Below are positions 1 through 9,471 of a stretch of DNA of 64,000 bases, piece by piece. The notes below the pieces were generated by a model. The model saw only the letters and a list, made by a program, of their open reading frames with translations, was not told where the DNA came from and ran no database searches. Each line of letters opens with the position of its first letter. Position 1 is the first letter of the stretch. A program made the position numbers and the translations under genes. Origin of the DNA: Candidatus Eiseniibacteriota bacterium (lineage in GTDB: Bacteria > Eisenbacteria > RBG-16-71-46 > CAIMUX01 > WJJG01); contig JAGMBO010000032.1 of NCBI GenBank assembly GCA_023129715.1, positions 22,057 through 86,056 on the forward strand. The letters run 5' to 3'.

Positions 1-70
1 CGATCCCGATTACGACAGCTGGTACAACCGCTATCCCTATGGACTCGGTGACCTGAATCGGGATCAATAC

Positions 71-3000
71 ATGAACAACGTGGGGGCAACGCAAATCCGC
101 GCCCAGTTCCCGCAGCGCCACATCACCTACCTGCTCGGCGAGCTCGATGTGCTCAGCGCCAACCTCGATGATGCTGCCCCAGCGATGATGGAGGGGCGCC
201 ACCGGCGCGAGCGGGGACGGATCTACTACAACTATCTGATTCACAAGGGCTGGAATGCCTTTGGCGACCGACGCCAGGCGTTCATTCAGGGATCGGGGCA
301 CGACAAGGACGACATGTACAATTCGGTCTGCGGTGTCTTCGCATTGTTTGCCTACAACGAAGGGTGCCTGTTCAACCCGATCACCGTGGCTGCCGGACAG
401 ACGACCTACTTGATCCAGGATGCTCTCGACGACGCCGTCCAAGGGATGACGGTTCTCTTGGAAGATGGGACCTATACCGGGCACAGGAACAGCTCCCCGG
501 TGTATGGCAAGGCGTTGACGATCCGCTCCGAGAGCCTCGATCCGGCGAGTTGCATCATCGACTGTCAGAATGCAGGCATCGGTTTCGAATTCCACTACGG
601 CGAGGACTACGCGACAGTCCTGCGCGGTGTGACGATTCGCAATGGATACACGACGAACAATGGTGCGGGGATCCTCTGCATGGACGCCTCGCCAGCGATC
701 CGCGACTGTATCATCGAGGACTGCGACGCGGGCAGCTGGGGCGGCGGGATCGCCTGCATGTATTCAGCGTCGCCGACGATCGAGCGCTGCACGGTGCACA
801 ACAACTACGCGCTGGAGGGAGGGGGCATCTACTGCCGCGAATTTTCGCGGCCGACGATCCGGCGCACGATCATCAGCGATTCACGGTTCGGAGCCGGAAT
901 CGCCAGCGACGCGAGCTCGACCCCGGCCGAGATCTCCTGCACCGACATCCACGGCAACCTGGGTGGCGACTGGACGAGCAACATCCAGTCGTTCCAGGGT
1001 GTGTCCGGGAACATCGGGGCCGATCCGCTCTACTGCGGCGCCCCTACGGATCTCCAGCTCTGCGATGATTCACCTTGTCTGGCTGTCTCGGGGGACTGCG
1101 CCCCGCAGATGGGAGGCCTGGCGGCCGATTGCGACTCGTGCGGCAGCTACGTTTGTTGCCTCCACGGAGACTGTACGGTCCACAGTTCCTGGGCGGGATG
1201 CGACGCATTGGGAGGAATATGGCATCCGGAATGGTCGGGCTGCGATCCCAATCCCTGTCCGCCGGGCGAGGGGGCTTGCTGTCAGGCGAGTGCGGTGTGC
1301 CAGATCATGAGTGAAGCCGACTGCGCCGCTGCGTCGGGGAGCTATCAGGGGCATGATACGGCCTGCAGCCCGAATCCCTGCCCCGCGGTCTGCTGCAACG
1401 ACGGGGCGTGTGAGCTGCTGGCCGAGGCCGACTGCGTGACTCCCGGTGTCTGGTACTCGCAGTGGTCGACCTGTACGGGTGCGCCGTGTGCCCTGGCGGC
1501 CTGCTGCGTCGATACCGTCTGCACCATTCTGATCGAGCAGGAGTGCCTGGATCTGGGGGGCAGGTGGCTGTACATGCAGCCTCTCTGTACGCCCAATCCC
1601 TGCAACTCTGCGGTGTGCTGCCAGGGACAGGCCTGCAATCTTTACAGCGAGGCCGACTGCATCTCGTATGGAGGCACCTGGTTCGGCGACTTGACTACCT
1701 GTGCCGACAGTCCTTGCTGGGAGGCGGTCTGCTGCTACGACGACGAGACCTGCGATGAGACTTGGGAGATGATCTGCGACGGGGTCTGGGTCGCCGACTC
1801 GATCTTCTGTGACTCGGATCCCTGCGAGCTGGGTGTGTGCTGCTCAGGCCAGGGCTGCACGATCACGATCCGCCACGAGTGTCTGATCGCCGGCGGGACC
1901 TGGTATCCCGAGTGGGACTCGTGTGACCCGAATCCCTGCCGTCTGCGCGCCTGCTGCAACGGGGGCTACTGCGGTGTCACGCTCGAGAGTGACTGTGCGG
2001 ATTTCTGGATGGAGGGGGAAGAGACCTGTGATCCGAACCCCTGTGTGGCGGGTTGCTGCATCGTGGGCGTCTGTTCGGAGCTGACCGAGGCGGAGTGCGA
2101 GACGGCGGCCGGCATTTGGCATCCGGGATTCATTTCATGCGAGCCGAATGATCCCTGCCCGGCGGTCTGCTGTTATGGGGCCGGGTCATGTGACGTCGTC
2201 ACCGCGCAGACCTGCGCGTCGTGGGATGGGACCCGGCATCCCGAGGGGCTCTCGTGCGACCCGAATCCCTGCTTCCATATCGTTTACCCTGACACCACCG
2301 GTGGGAGACCGACCCTCCAGGCGGTGATCGAGTCGATCGCCCCACCCGGAACGAACGAGGCGATTGGACTGAAGAGCGGGGTCTTTGATGTGGCCATTCA
2401 TCAGGGGAACGAGCCGGGAGGTGTCGACTACAAGGGGCGCCAGATCACGATCCTCTCCCTGAGTGGCGATCCCGCGGATTGCGTGATCGACTGCTCCGGC
2501 GGCGTGCGGGGGTTCGCCTTTCAGTCGGGTGAAGGTTTCCTCTCGAAACTGCAGGGGGTGACGATCCGCAACGGAAACGCGCCGAATGGCGGCGGGATCT
2601 ACTGCGACGGCGCCTCGCCCTCCTTGAGCAACTGCGTCGTCCGGGAGAGCCAGGCGACGGGCAACGGTGGAGGCATGTATCTACAGAACTCGAGCTACCC
2701 GAGCATGTTCGACTGCTGGTTCCTGGACAACACGGCGGGCACGGATGGCGGTGGAGTCTACGGGGGCACGAACTCGGGGGTTTGGATGCAGGGTTGCGTG
2801 TTCGCGGGCAACACGGCGGCGAACTGCGGCGGGGGGGTGTGCAGTGGAGTCACCAGCGTGGCGTCGGAGGCGAATGGCTGCACCTTCTACGGCAATTCGG
2901 CGGCGGAAGGTGGTGGGCTCTACTTCGATCCCAGCTCGGGGAGCGCGCAGCTCCAACGGGCGCTGATCGCGATGAACGCGGGAGGCGGGGGAATCATGTG

Positions 3001-5230
3001 CTTCGGAACATCGATTCCCAGCCTGTGGTGCTGCGATATCTATGGCAATGTGGGCGGCGACTGGAATGGGTTCTTCTATTCGCAGTACGGCACGAGCGCC
3101 AACATCTGGGAACACCCCCAGTTCTGCGATCCTCCGGATGCACTGACGCTGTCGATGAATTCCCCGTGTGTCGACATGATGAGCCCCTGCGGGCAGCAGA
3201 TCGGAGCCCTAGGCATCGGATGTGGCATGGTCTCCGACGATGCTGACGATCTGTCGGCCGGTGTGCTGATCACGCATCATCCACCGGGGCTGCAGTACAC
3301 CGGTGGCACACCCAGCGGGGGCTGGGGCCAGCATTATTCCGACAACTGGCAGCTTCCAGCATGCGAAGACCAGAACCCGCGGATCGACGACGATGGCAGC
3401 ACGTGCCTGATCTGGTATGTGCTGGCAGCATGGCCGGAAGAGAAGCGTTGCTGCGGTGGCGAGTTCGGGCTCGGGCCTTACGATCCCGCGCTGTTCGGCA
3501 TTCTCGACCACGGGCCAGGCTATCCGGCAGTGACGACGCAGACGCCGACGGCCGGTTGGCCGGGCCCCGACGAGGGCGTTGCCGTCTTCTCCGGGGAGAT
3601 GGGCGCGCACTACGGCAACTACGTTCCGATCTATTGGTTTGCGGGCTACACGGGCGGCGCCGGATCGGGTCAGATTCCGCTCGTGCCGAATCCCGCGACC
3701 TCCCGCGCCGGGACCTATGGCTGTGACTCCGGGGGAGGGTTCTTCGACGCGAGCTGCCTGGGCGTCTTGGGGATCAATACCGAGGGAGTCGCGTGCTGTC
3801 CGGCGCCGCCGCCCGACCATGCGGTCTGCTGTGTGGCCGGCGACTGCATGATCACCACAGTGAGCGAATGCACGGGCCTCGGTGGTGCCTGGCACGCCGC
3901 CTGGGCCTCCTGCCTGCCCAATCCCTGCCCGGCAGTCTGTTGTATGGGGGAGGGGTGTGTTCTAGCGACCTCGGCAGAGTGCGCCGGGCTGGGAGGCACG
4001 TGGTACGAGCACGAGGCGACCTGCACGCCCAACCCCTGCCTGGAGCCCGATCACTGGGCCGATCACGACGTCGGCAACCTGCGCGTCTCGATGACCGACG
4101 CCGGGAGTGTCGGCTATCTGGACGGAACACGCAGTGCAGGGTCGGGCCTCGTCTATCCGATCGACGGGGCGAATCGTCTCTGGATCGGCGGCCTCTGGGT
4201 GTCGGGGGGCAGCGACTATGTGGCCAACCGGGACTATGGCGACGATCCGAATCAGGAGTGGACCGTGTCGCTGGATCCGCCCGGATTCGTGACGGTCACC
4301 GAGCCGGGAACCTCGCATCAGGACATCCATGCTGCCTTCACCGACTCAGCGGCGGTCGTGCCGCGTGGCTGGACTGTCGAGCAGGAATCCTGGGCCTATG
4401 CGGTCAACACGAATGCGGATGATTTCATCATCGTTCGCTATCGAGTCGAGAACGAAGGCGTGATCCCGCAGCCCGAGCTCTACGCCGGCCTCTTCCTCGA
4501 CTTGGATATCGAGGGCCCCTACTCCGATCTGGGGGGTGTCGACAGCACCCGCGATCTCGTATACATGAACGACGACTCCGCCAGGGTCTATCTCGGCATT
4601 CGCGTGCTACGCGAGTCGGGTGACCCGCCGGTGGGGAACCTGAGTCTGATTCGCAACTCCCACTTCGTCTGGCCCAACGGAGGGTACATCCTGGACGCGG
4701 ACAAGTACGCCTTTCTGAGCGGCGCCGATTCCGCCCACGTGATGACGAGCACATCGGTGTCCACCGACTACGGGGTCGTTGCCGCGGTTGGGCCGTTTCC
4801 GCTCTACCCGAGTGAAGATGAGCTGGTCTGCTTCGCGATCGTTGGGGGAGAGAGCCTGCGCGAACTCCAAGCCCACGCCGATGCGGCGCAGTTGGTGTTT
4901 GCGAGCGGCTTCGCGGAGGTCGAGGAGGAGACCGCCGAGCAGATCGCAGCGCCCAACACGCGACTGCGACCCGCGCGTCCGAATCCCTTCGGGGCCCGCA
5001 CGGCGATTCGCTTCGAGCTGTCGCAGGCGGGGCCGATCCGGCTGGCGGTCTATGATGTGGGCGGACGCTGCCTGCGTACGCTGGCCTGTGGTGAGCATCC
5101 CGCGGGCCTCTACACCGTCATCTGGGACGGGCGCGACGAGCATCGCCGGGCCGTCGCAGGAGGGGTCTATTTCCTGCACTTGACGGCCGGTGAGGTCCGC
5201 GAGAATCGCCAGGTCGTTCTGCTACGCTGA
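71..5230 (+). CDS. Giant secreted protein: two right-handed parallel beta-helix (pectate-lyase-like) regions, about 12 tandem six-Cys modules (CCxxGxC...C...GGxW...CxPNPC) and a T9SS/FlgD-Ig-like C-terminal sorting domain. Probably 5'-partial, since the frame is open from nt 2.
   Basis: Long ORF with no stop upstream in frame and no signal peptide at M71. Beta-helix signature repeats (GxxxGGGIyC..., NxxxGGGI) near aa 100-330 and 700-1000. About 38-aa Cys modules at nt 1060-2280 and 3810-4045. C-terminal 85 aa (NPFGARTAIRFEL...VYDVGGRCLRTL...WDGRDEHRRAVAGGVYFLHL) matches the T9SS type-A CTD pattern. Confidence 0.8.
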   Translation: MNNVGATQIRAQFPQRHITYLLGELDVLSANLDDAAPAMMEGRHRRERGRIYYNYLIHKGWNAFGDRRQAFIQGSGHDKDDMYNSVCGVFALFAYNEGCLFNPITVAAGQTTYLIQDALDDAVQGMTVLLEDGTYTGHRNSSPVYGKALTIRSESLDPASCIIDCQNAGIGFEFHYGEDYATVLRGVTIRNGYTTNNGAGILCMDASPAIRDCIIEDCDAGSWGGGIACMYSASPTIERCTVHNNYALEGGGIYCREFSRPTIRRTIISDSRFGAGIASDASSTPAEISCTDIHGNLGGDWTSNIQSFQGVSGNIGADPLYCGAPTDLQLCDDSPCLAVSGDCAPQMGGLAADCDSCGSYVCCLHGDCTVHSSWAGCDALGGIWHPEWSGCDPNPCPPGEGACCQASAVCQIMSEADCAAASGSYQGHDTACSPNPCPAVCCNDGACELLAEADCVTPGVWYSQWSTCTGAPCALAACCVDTVCTILIEQECLDLGGRWLYMQPLCTPNPCNSAVCCQGQACNLYSEADCISYGGTWFGDLTTCADSPCWEAVCCYDDETCDETWEMICDGVWVADSIFCDSDPCELGVCCSGQGCTITIRHECLIAGGTWYPEWDSCDPNPCRLRACCNGGYCGVTLESDCADFWMEGEETCDPNPCVAGCCIVGVCSELTEAECETAAGIWHPGFISCEPNDPCPAVCCYGAGSCDVVTAQTCASWDGTRHPEGLSCDPNPCFHIVYPDTTGGRPTLQAVIESIAPPGTNEAIGLKSGVFDVAIHQGNEPGGVDYKGRQITILSLSGDPADCVIDCSGGVRGFAFQSGEGFLSKLQGVTIRNGNAPNGGGIYCDGASPSLSNCVVRESQATGNGGGMYLQNSSYPSMFDCWFLDNTAGTDGGGVYGGTNSGVWMQGCVFAGNTAANCGGGVCSGVTSVASEANGCTFYGNSAAEGGGLYFDPSSGSAQLQRALIAMNAGGGGIMCFGTSIPSLWCCDIYGNVGGDWNGFFYSQYGTSANIWEHPQFCDPPDALTLSMNSPCVDMMSPCGQQIGALGIGCGMVSDDADDLSAGVLITHHPPGLQYTGGTPSGGWGQHYSDNWQLPACEDQNPRIDDDGSTCLIWYVLAAWPEEKRCCGGEFGLGPYDPALFGILDHGPGYPAVTTQTPTAGWPGPDEGVAVFSGEMGAHYGNYVPIYWFAGYTGGAGSGQIPLVPNPATSRAGTYGCDSGGGFFDASCLGVLGINTEGVACCPAPPPDHAVCCVAGDCMITTVSECTGLGGAWHAAWASCLPNPCPAVCCMGEGCVLATSAECAGLGGTWYEHEATCTPNPCLEPDHWADHDVGNLRVSMTDAGSVGYLDGTRSAGSGLVYPIDGANRLWIGGLWVSGGSDYVANRDYGDDPNQEWTVSLDPPGFVTVTEPGTSHQDIHAAFTDSAAVVPRGWTVEQESWAYAVNTNADDFIIVRYRVENEGVIPQPELYAGLFLDLDIEGPYSDLGGVDSTRDLVYMNDDSARVYLGIRVLRESGDPPVGNLSLIRNSHFVWPNGGYILDADKYAFLSGADSAHVMTSTSVSTDYGVVAAVGPFPLYPSEDELVCFAIVGGESLRELQAHADAAQLVFASGFAEVEEETAEQIAAPNTRLRPARPNPFGARTAIRFELSQAGPIRLAVYDVGGRCLRTLACGEHPAGLYTVIWDGRDEHRRAVAGGVYFLHLTAGEVRENRQVVLLR

Positions 5231-5271
5231 GCTGGTAAGCGACGTAGCCATATACAGTTACCGTCGAGTCC

Positions 5272-5293
5272 GACGCCCCGCCGCTGGGGCGTC
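5272..5293 (+). terminator. Perfect 8-bp GC hairpin (GACGCCCC-gccgct-GGGGCGTC) 40 nt after the giant-gene stop. No U-tract follows.
   Basis: Seen directly. In a high-GC genome a terminator lacking a U-run is uncertain. Confidence 0.25.
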
Positions 5294-5396
5294 GCGTCGC
5301 GCCGGCGCACCCTGCCTGGGCCCTCACGTCGACGGGCGGGTAGCGGGATAATGGAGTTGAGCCGGTTTCGTGGATACCGTTCCACTTGGGAGCATG

Positions 5397-6310
5397 GAGG
5401 AGTCCACGATGCCCAATAGTCACTCTCCGCATCCGCCGGAACTACGCCGGCGGTTGGTTGAGCTGGTTCGCTCCGGCCGAACTCCGGAGGAACTGGTCAG
5501 GAAGTTCGAGCCCTCTGGCCAGGCCATCCGCAGTTGAGTCCGGCAGGCCGAGCTCGATGAGGGTCGCCGGGAGGACGGCCTGACGACCCCGGAGCGCGGG
5601 GAGATCCGCAAGCTCCGTCGGGAGAACAAGGTTCTCCGTGAGGAGCGGGAGATCTAGGAAAGGCCGCGGCCTGGTTCGCCAAGCAGACCGGCTCGACTCC
5701 GTCAGAATCTTCGCGTTCATGAAAGCGCACCAGGCCATGTTCCGAATCGCCACCATGTGCCGCGTGTTGGGTGTTTCCTCCAGCGGGTATTACACGTGGC
5801 TCACCCGTTCTCCATCGATGCGGGCTCGTAGGGATGAGCACCTGCTTCGACTCATCCGGGAGATCCATTCTCCGTCGGATGGGACCTATGGCGCCGCGGA
5901 TCCACGCCGAGTTGACCGCCTAGAAGATCCATGTGGGTCCCAAGCGGGTCGCTCGTCTGATGGGTGCGGCCGGCTTGGTCGGCGTCAGTCGCCGGAAGTT
6001 CGTCACGACGACCGTGCGAGACCGCGAAGCCAAGGCGGCCCCCGATCTCGTCGAGCGGGATTTCACTCGAAGGGCCCGGACGAGCTCTGGGTGGCGGACA
6101 GAAGTGGTCCCGACATCACCTATGTCCCGACCTGGGAGGGCTTCCTCTACCTCTCCGTAGTCCGGGACGTCTGGACCCGACGGATCATCGGATGGACGAT
6201 GGCCTCCCACCTCCGGACCGAGCTCGTTCTCGAGGCTCTCGACATGGCTCTCAGACAGCGGTGTCCCATCGATGTGATCCATCACTCGGATCATGGCTGC
6301 CAGTGCACGG
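5397..6310 (+). pseudogene. Degraded IS3-family transposase (OrfA HTH plus OrfB DDE integrase fragment, multiple stops and frameshifts, 3' part lost).
   Basis: Frame-hopping translation gives PNSHSPHPPELRRRLVELVRSGRTPEELVRKFEPSGQAIRS*, VRQAELDEG...LRRENKVLREEREI*, ...FAFMKAHQAMFRIATMCRVLGVSSSGYYTWL..., ...VGPKRVARLMGAAGLVGVSRRKF... and ...WVADITYVPTWEGFLYLSVVRDVWTRRIIGWTMASHLRTELVLEALDMALRQRCPIDVIHHSDHGCQ, then diverges. At least 3 stops or frameshifts and no terminal DDE glutamate region. Confidence 0.75.
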
Positions 6311-6574
6311 CGTCGTCGCGATCATCGACCTACCCGTTGCGCGGTTCTCCGGACAGGGTGGAATCGCCAGGAGAGTGGATCCCGGGGGGATGCGATGCAT
6401 CGAACCCGACCGAGATCGTCGATCCTGCACGATCCCGTGAGGACGTTTTCCCGCGACCTCCCGTCTCGGAGCGAGTATCATGTCCCTGTCCCGAAACTCA
6501 GGGGCTCTTCAAGAACGAAAGCCCCAGACCCTCCACGGAAGCCGGGCGACTCCACTAGCGAATGGGAGGTAAAG

Positions 6575-6769
6575 GTGACGACGCAAGGGAACCACTGCCC
6601 CAAGCTGAAGCATCGCCGTTCGGATGGGCCGTTGCGCTTCTGTGTGGAGTGTGGGCAGGTGGTAAATGGGAAGATTCCCAAGAGAGTCTGTACTGAAGAG
6701 GAACATGCGAAAAGACGCCTTGCCAGATCTAGGTACTGTCCGAACTGTGGTGAACAGCTTGTCAAGTAG
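6575..6769 (+). CDS. Small zinc-ribbon protein (CxxC...CxxC, 64 aa) in a local lower-GC patch. Hypothetical, possibly carried in with the IS.
   Basis: GTG start preceded by GGAGGT. VTTQGNHCPKL...FCVECGQ...RYCPNCGEQLVK. GC content drops visibly across 6540-6800. Confidence 0.4.
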   Translation: MTTQGNHCPKLKHRRSDGPLRFCVECGQVVNGKIPKRVCTEEEHAKRRLARSRYCPNCGEQLVK

Positions 6770-6822
6770 CGCTATGGGAGGGATGTCATTCTCTGCCACG
6801 ACTTGGGTATGGGCGAGGACTC

Positions 6823-7692
6823 ATGCACAGTAGCTCCCACGATCCTGCATCCGTGGTGCCAGGCGCCAAGAACTTCACCGCTTCCGGTGACGTCACTTGC
6901 GCTCTGGTGCGCATCCACGACGCGGTTCGTCGCCGGATTCGACATCTTCCTGAGGACCATGCTTCCTCCGTTGGGACTAACCGCCGCGGTCACAGGCAAC
7001 ATCTGTTCGACCTGTCTGCGGACAAGGCTGTGCTCGAAGAGTTGCAAAGTTGCTTCACGAACGCGCTCGTACTTTCCGAGGAGTCTGAGTTACGGCATCT
7101 CGGAGAGGGTTCACCCCAATGGCGCTTCGTGATCGATCCGGTGGACGGATCGGACAACCATGCCCGCGGGCTACCTCTCTCCGCGGTAAGCATTGCGGTC
7201 CTCGACCCGGAAGGTCCCCTGGCCCTGGACCGAGTGCGCTGGGCCATGGTTGGCGGTCTCGATGAGGACCAGCCCCACGTCGCGGCCAGGGACCGCGGAT
7301 GCCAGCGGGGAGATAAGCCGGTGTCGGTATCCGGGATGAGGATCCTCCGGGACGCCTTCCTGTCGTGCGAGCTCAATCACTCTGCTCCCACGCGCCGGCT
7401 GAGCGTGGTGTTTTCTCAAGCGCGCGCAGTTCGAAGCTACGGCTGCGCTTCCCGCGCGCTGATGCTGGTCGCCTGTGGCGCCCTGGATGCGCATATCGAT
7501 GTGCGAAACCGACTGACGGCGGAGAGCTTCCTGGCGGCAGCCTTCATGGTCGAGGAAGCGGGCGGGTGTGTTCTCGACCTTGATGGAAACAACTTCCAAC
7601 ACCTGACAGACCTGCGATCGACGGTCCGGATGGTGGCAGCCGCGACTCCGGAACTCGCCCATCAAATTGCGAAGGAGATCAATGAGATCTAA
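6823..7692 (+). CDS. Inositol-monophosphatase-family phosphatase (IMPase/SuhB/CysQ fold). Candidate DIPP phosphatase of the DIP pathway.
   Basis: Motifs EESE, WFVIDPVDGSDNHARG (IMPase DPIDGT motif) and a C-terminal EEAGGCV region. ATG with GGCGAGGA upstream. Confidence 0.8.
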   Translation: MHSSSHDPASVVPGAKNFTASGDVTCALVRIHDAVRRRIRHLPEDHASSVGTNRRGHRQHLFDLSADKAVLEELQSCFTNALVLSEESELRHLGEGSPQWRFVIDPVDGSDNHARGLPLSAVSIAVLDPEGPLALDRVRWAMVGGLDEDQPHVAARDRGCQRGDKPVSVSGMRILRDAFLSCELNHSAPTRRLSVVFSQARAVRSYGCASRALMLVACGALDAHIDVRNRLTAESFLAAAFMVEEAGGCVLDLDGNNFQHLTDLRSTVRMVAAATPELAHQIAKEINEI

Positions 7693-9148
7693 TACAATTG
7701 ACAGGACCGCAGCCCCCGGCCCACTGCTCGCGCCGGTGGGAAATGCGATCGGTATAGCCGGACACGCCCAGCTCTCCCCAGCCGAACTAGCGACGGGCCC
7801 CGTAGAACTGGCAGTCATTCTCGCTGCCGGCGAAGGGAATCGTCTGGCCCGACACGGGAACGGTTCGCCCAAGCCGATCGTCTCACTACTGGGGCTGTCC
7901 TTGGGCGAAAGAACCATCCTCTCCTGCCTGGAGGCGGGTATTCAGCGGTTTCTCGTGGTCCTAGGGCACGAGAAGGAGGAAGTCCGAGCCCACTTTGAGA
8001 GGATTGCCGCGCAGCGAGGCTGTGAGATTCGCTTTGTCGAGAGCTCGAACTGGCGTCTGGGCAATGGAGCGAGTGGGCTTGCCGCCGCAGAGGCCGCCGG
8101 GGAGAGGCTTTTTCTGCTCTGCATGGTCGACCATCTGCCGCGTCCAGAACTGATCCGAGCGGTGCGGTCAGCTGCCATCAATGAAGGCGAGATTGGTCTC
8201 GGCATTGACCGTGATCGAGATCAACTCTTTGACCCGGAAGACGCTACGAAGGTCACGATTGAGCATGGCAAAGTCACGCATATAGGAAAGCAGCTTGACG
8301 AATGGGACGCAGCCGATACGGGAGTGTTCTTATGTACCCGTGCCTTGTTCAGCGACCTTGCGGCGGCAGCCTCCCGCGGCCGCCATGGGCTCTCGGACGC
8401 CGTGGCGACTCTCGCCAAACGCGGGGCCGTCCGGGCCATCGATGTCACCGGTCTCGGCTGGCTCGACGTGGACACTCCCAAGGCGTGGGATGAAGCCCGC
8501 CGACGTCTCCTCTCTGGCCTGTCGGGGAAGGGTGAGGACGGCTTTGTCTCACGATTCATCAACCGGCCGATCTCGACTCGAATCTCCGCCTGGCTCTCAT
8601 CCACTTCCATTACGCCAAACCAAATCACTGGCGCCGGCTTCCTACTAGCACTCGTCGGCGCGGCGCTCTTGGCGATGGGCGAGGCGGCACTGACGATTGC
8701 CGGAGGCCTTGTGGTGCACGCAGCCTCCATACTTGATGGCTGCGACGGGGAGATCGCGCGGCTCAAACATCGGGCCACGCGGAGGGGGGCTTGGCTGGAC
8801 ACGATCCTCGATCGCTACGCTGACGTGGCAGTAGCTGCGGCGATCACGTTCGCACATGCTCGGTCCCAAGGCGACCCGCTCGTCTGGCTCGGGGGAATGG
8901 TCGCACTCGCGGGCTTCATCTTGGCCAGCTACACGACCAAAGAGTATGTGATTCGGCACGGATATCCCTACCCCAACGATATTCTCAACCGGCTCAAGCG
9001 TCGCGACCTGCGGCTCATTGTCATTTGCGTAGCCGCGGTCGCTGGGCATCCCTATGCGGGCCTGCTTGCAGTTGGGCTGCTCAGCCACGCCTGCGTATTC
9101 GGAATCCTCGTGCGGGGCTGGAAGATCGACCCAAGAGGTGCACGGTAG
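7682..9148 (+). CDS. Bifunctional CTP:inositol-1-phosphate cytidylyltransferase / CDP-inositol:inositol-1-phosphate transferase (IPCT/DIPPS, di-myo-inositol-phosphate-phosphate synthase).
   Basis: N-terminal nucleotidyltransferase G-loop AVILAAGEGNRL. C-terminal membrane domain carries the CDP-alcohol phosphatidyltransferase motif DGCDGEIARLKHRATRRGAWLDTILDRYAD. ATG 7682 has AAGGAG 5 nt upstream; the track ORF begins at TTG 7667. Confidence 0.75.
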   Translation: MRSNTIDRTAAPGPLLAPVGNAIGIAGHAQLSPAELATGPVELAVILAAGEGNRLARHGNGSPKPIVSLLGLSLGERTILSCLEAGIQRFLVVLGHEKEEVRAHFERIAAQRGCEIRFVESSNWRLGNGASGLAAAEAAGERLFLLCMVDHLPRPELIRAVRSAAINEGEIGLGIDRDRDQLFDPEDATKVTIEHGKVTHIGKQLDEWDAADTGVFLCTRALFSDLAAAASRGRHGLSDAVATLAKRGAVRAIDVTGLGWLDVDTPKAWDEARRRLLSGLSGKGEDGFVSRFINRPISTRISAWLSSTSITPNQITGAGFLLALVGAALLAMGEAALTIAGGLVVHAASILDGCDGEIARLKHRATRRGAWLDTILDRYADVAVAAAITFAHARSQGDPLVWLGGMVALAGFILASYTTKEYVIRHGYPYPNDILNRLKRRDLRLIVICVAAVAGHPYAGLLAVGLLSHACVFGILVRGWKIDPRGAR

Positions 9149-9395
9149 TCGGCTGGCCGTCTCGGGCATGACGCTGAGGCCAATCGACGCAGGCTCCGAC
9201 TGATAGGCTACCAATAGATTCCGGTGAGCAGATCCCTGCTTCTCCGGCTGTTGGGGGCGGATTCGGCTGCCGGCAGCCTGGGCAGGATGGGGGGGGCACG
9301 CTTGCAACCCCGTGGCTGATGGGGGATTGGGGACGTTTTTCGAGCCTTCAGGCGTGCAGCGGGCCCTCTCATGCCCCCAAGATGTCCATAAATGA

Positions 9396-9401
9396 TATAA
9401 T
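9396..9401 (+). promoter_or_regulatory. Extended -10 element (TGaTATAAT) in the only AT-rich patch of the 320-nt intergenic, about 70 nt upstream of the C25 peptidase start.
   Basis: Sequence aatgatataattagg at 9391-9405. No clean -35 hexamer. Confidence 0.3.
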
Positions 9402-9471
9402 TAGGATGGTTGTGGCCGTCCGGAGGGGCGTCCGGTCGGCGCAGGGAGAAACACACCCAAGGGGGAATGTC

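Noticed and set aside
364-5183. Numerous 60-230-aa ORFs nested within the giant 71..5230 gene on both strands
   Set aside because: They sit in alternative frames of a gene with continuous domain architecture. They are products of GC-rich sequence.
5397-6310. Active IS3 element with programmed -1 frameshift
   Set aside because: More than one disruption is present: a stop after the HTH, a stop before the frameshift window, and at least two further frame changes in OrfB. The DDE region is truncated after DHGCQ. No terminal inverted repeats could be paired.
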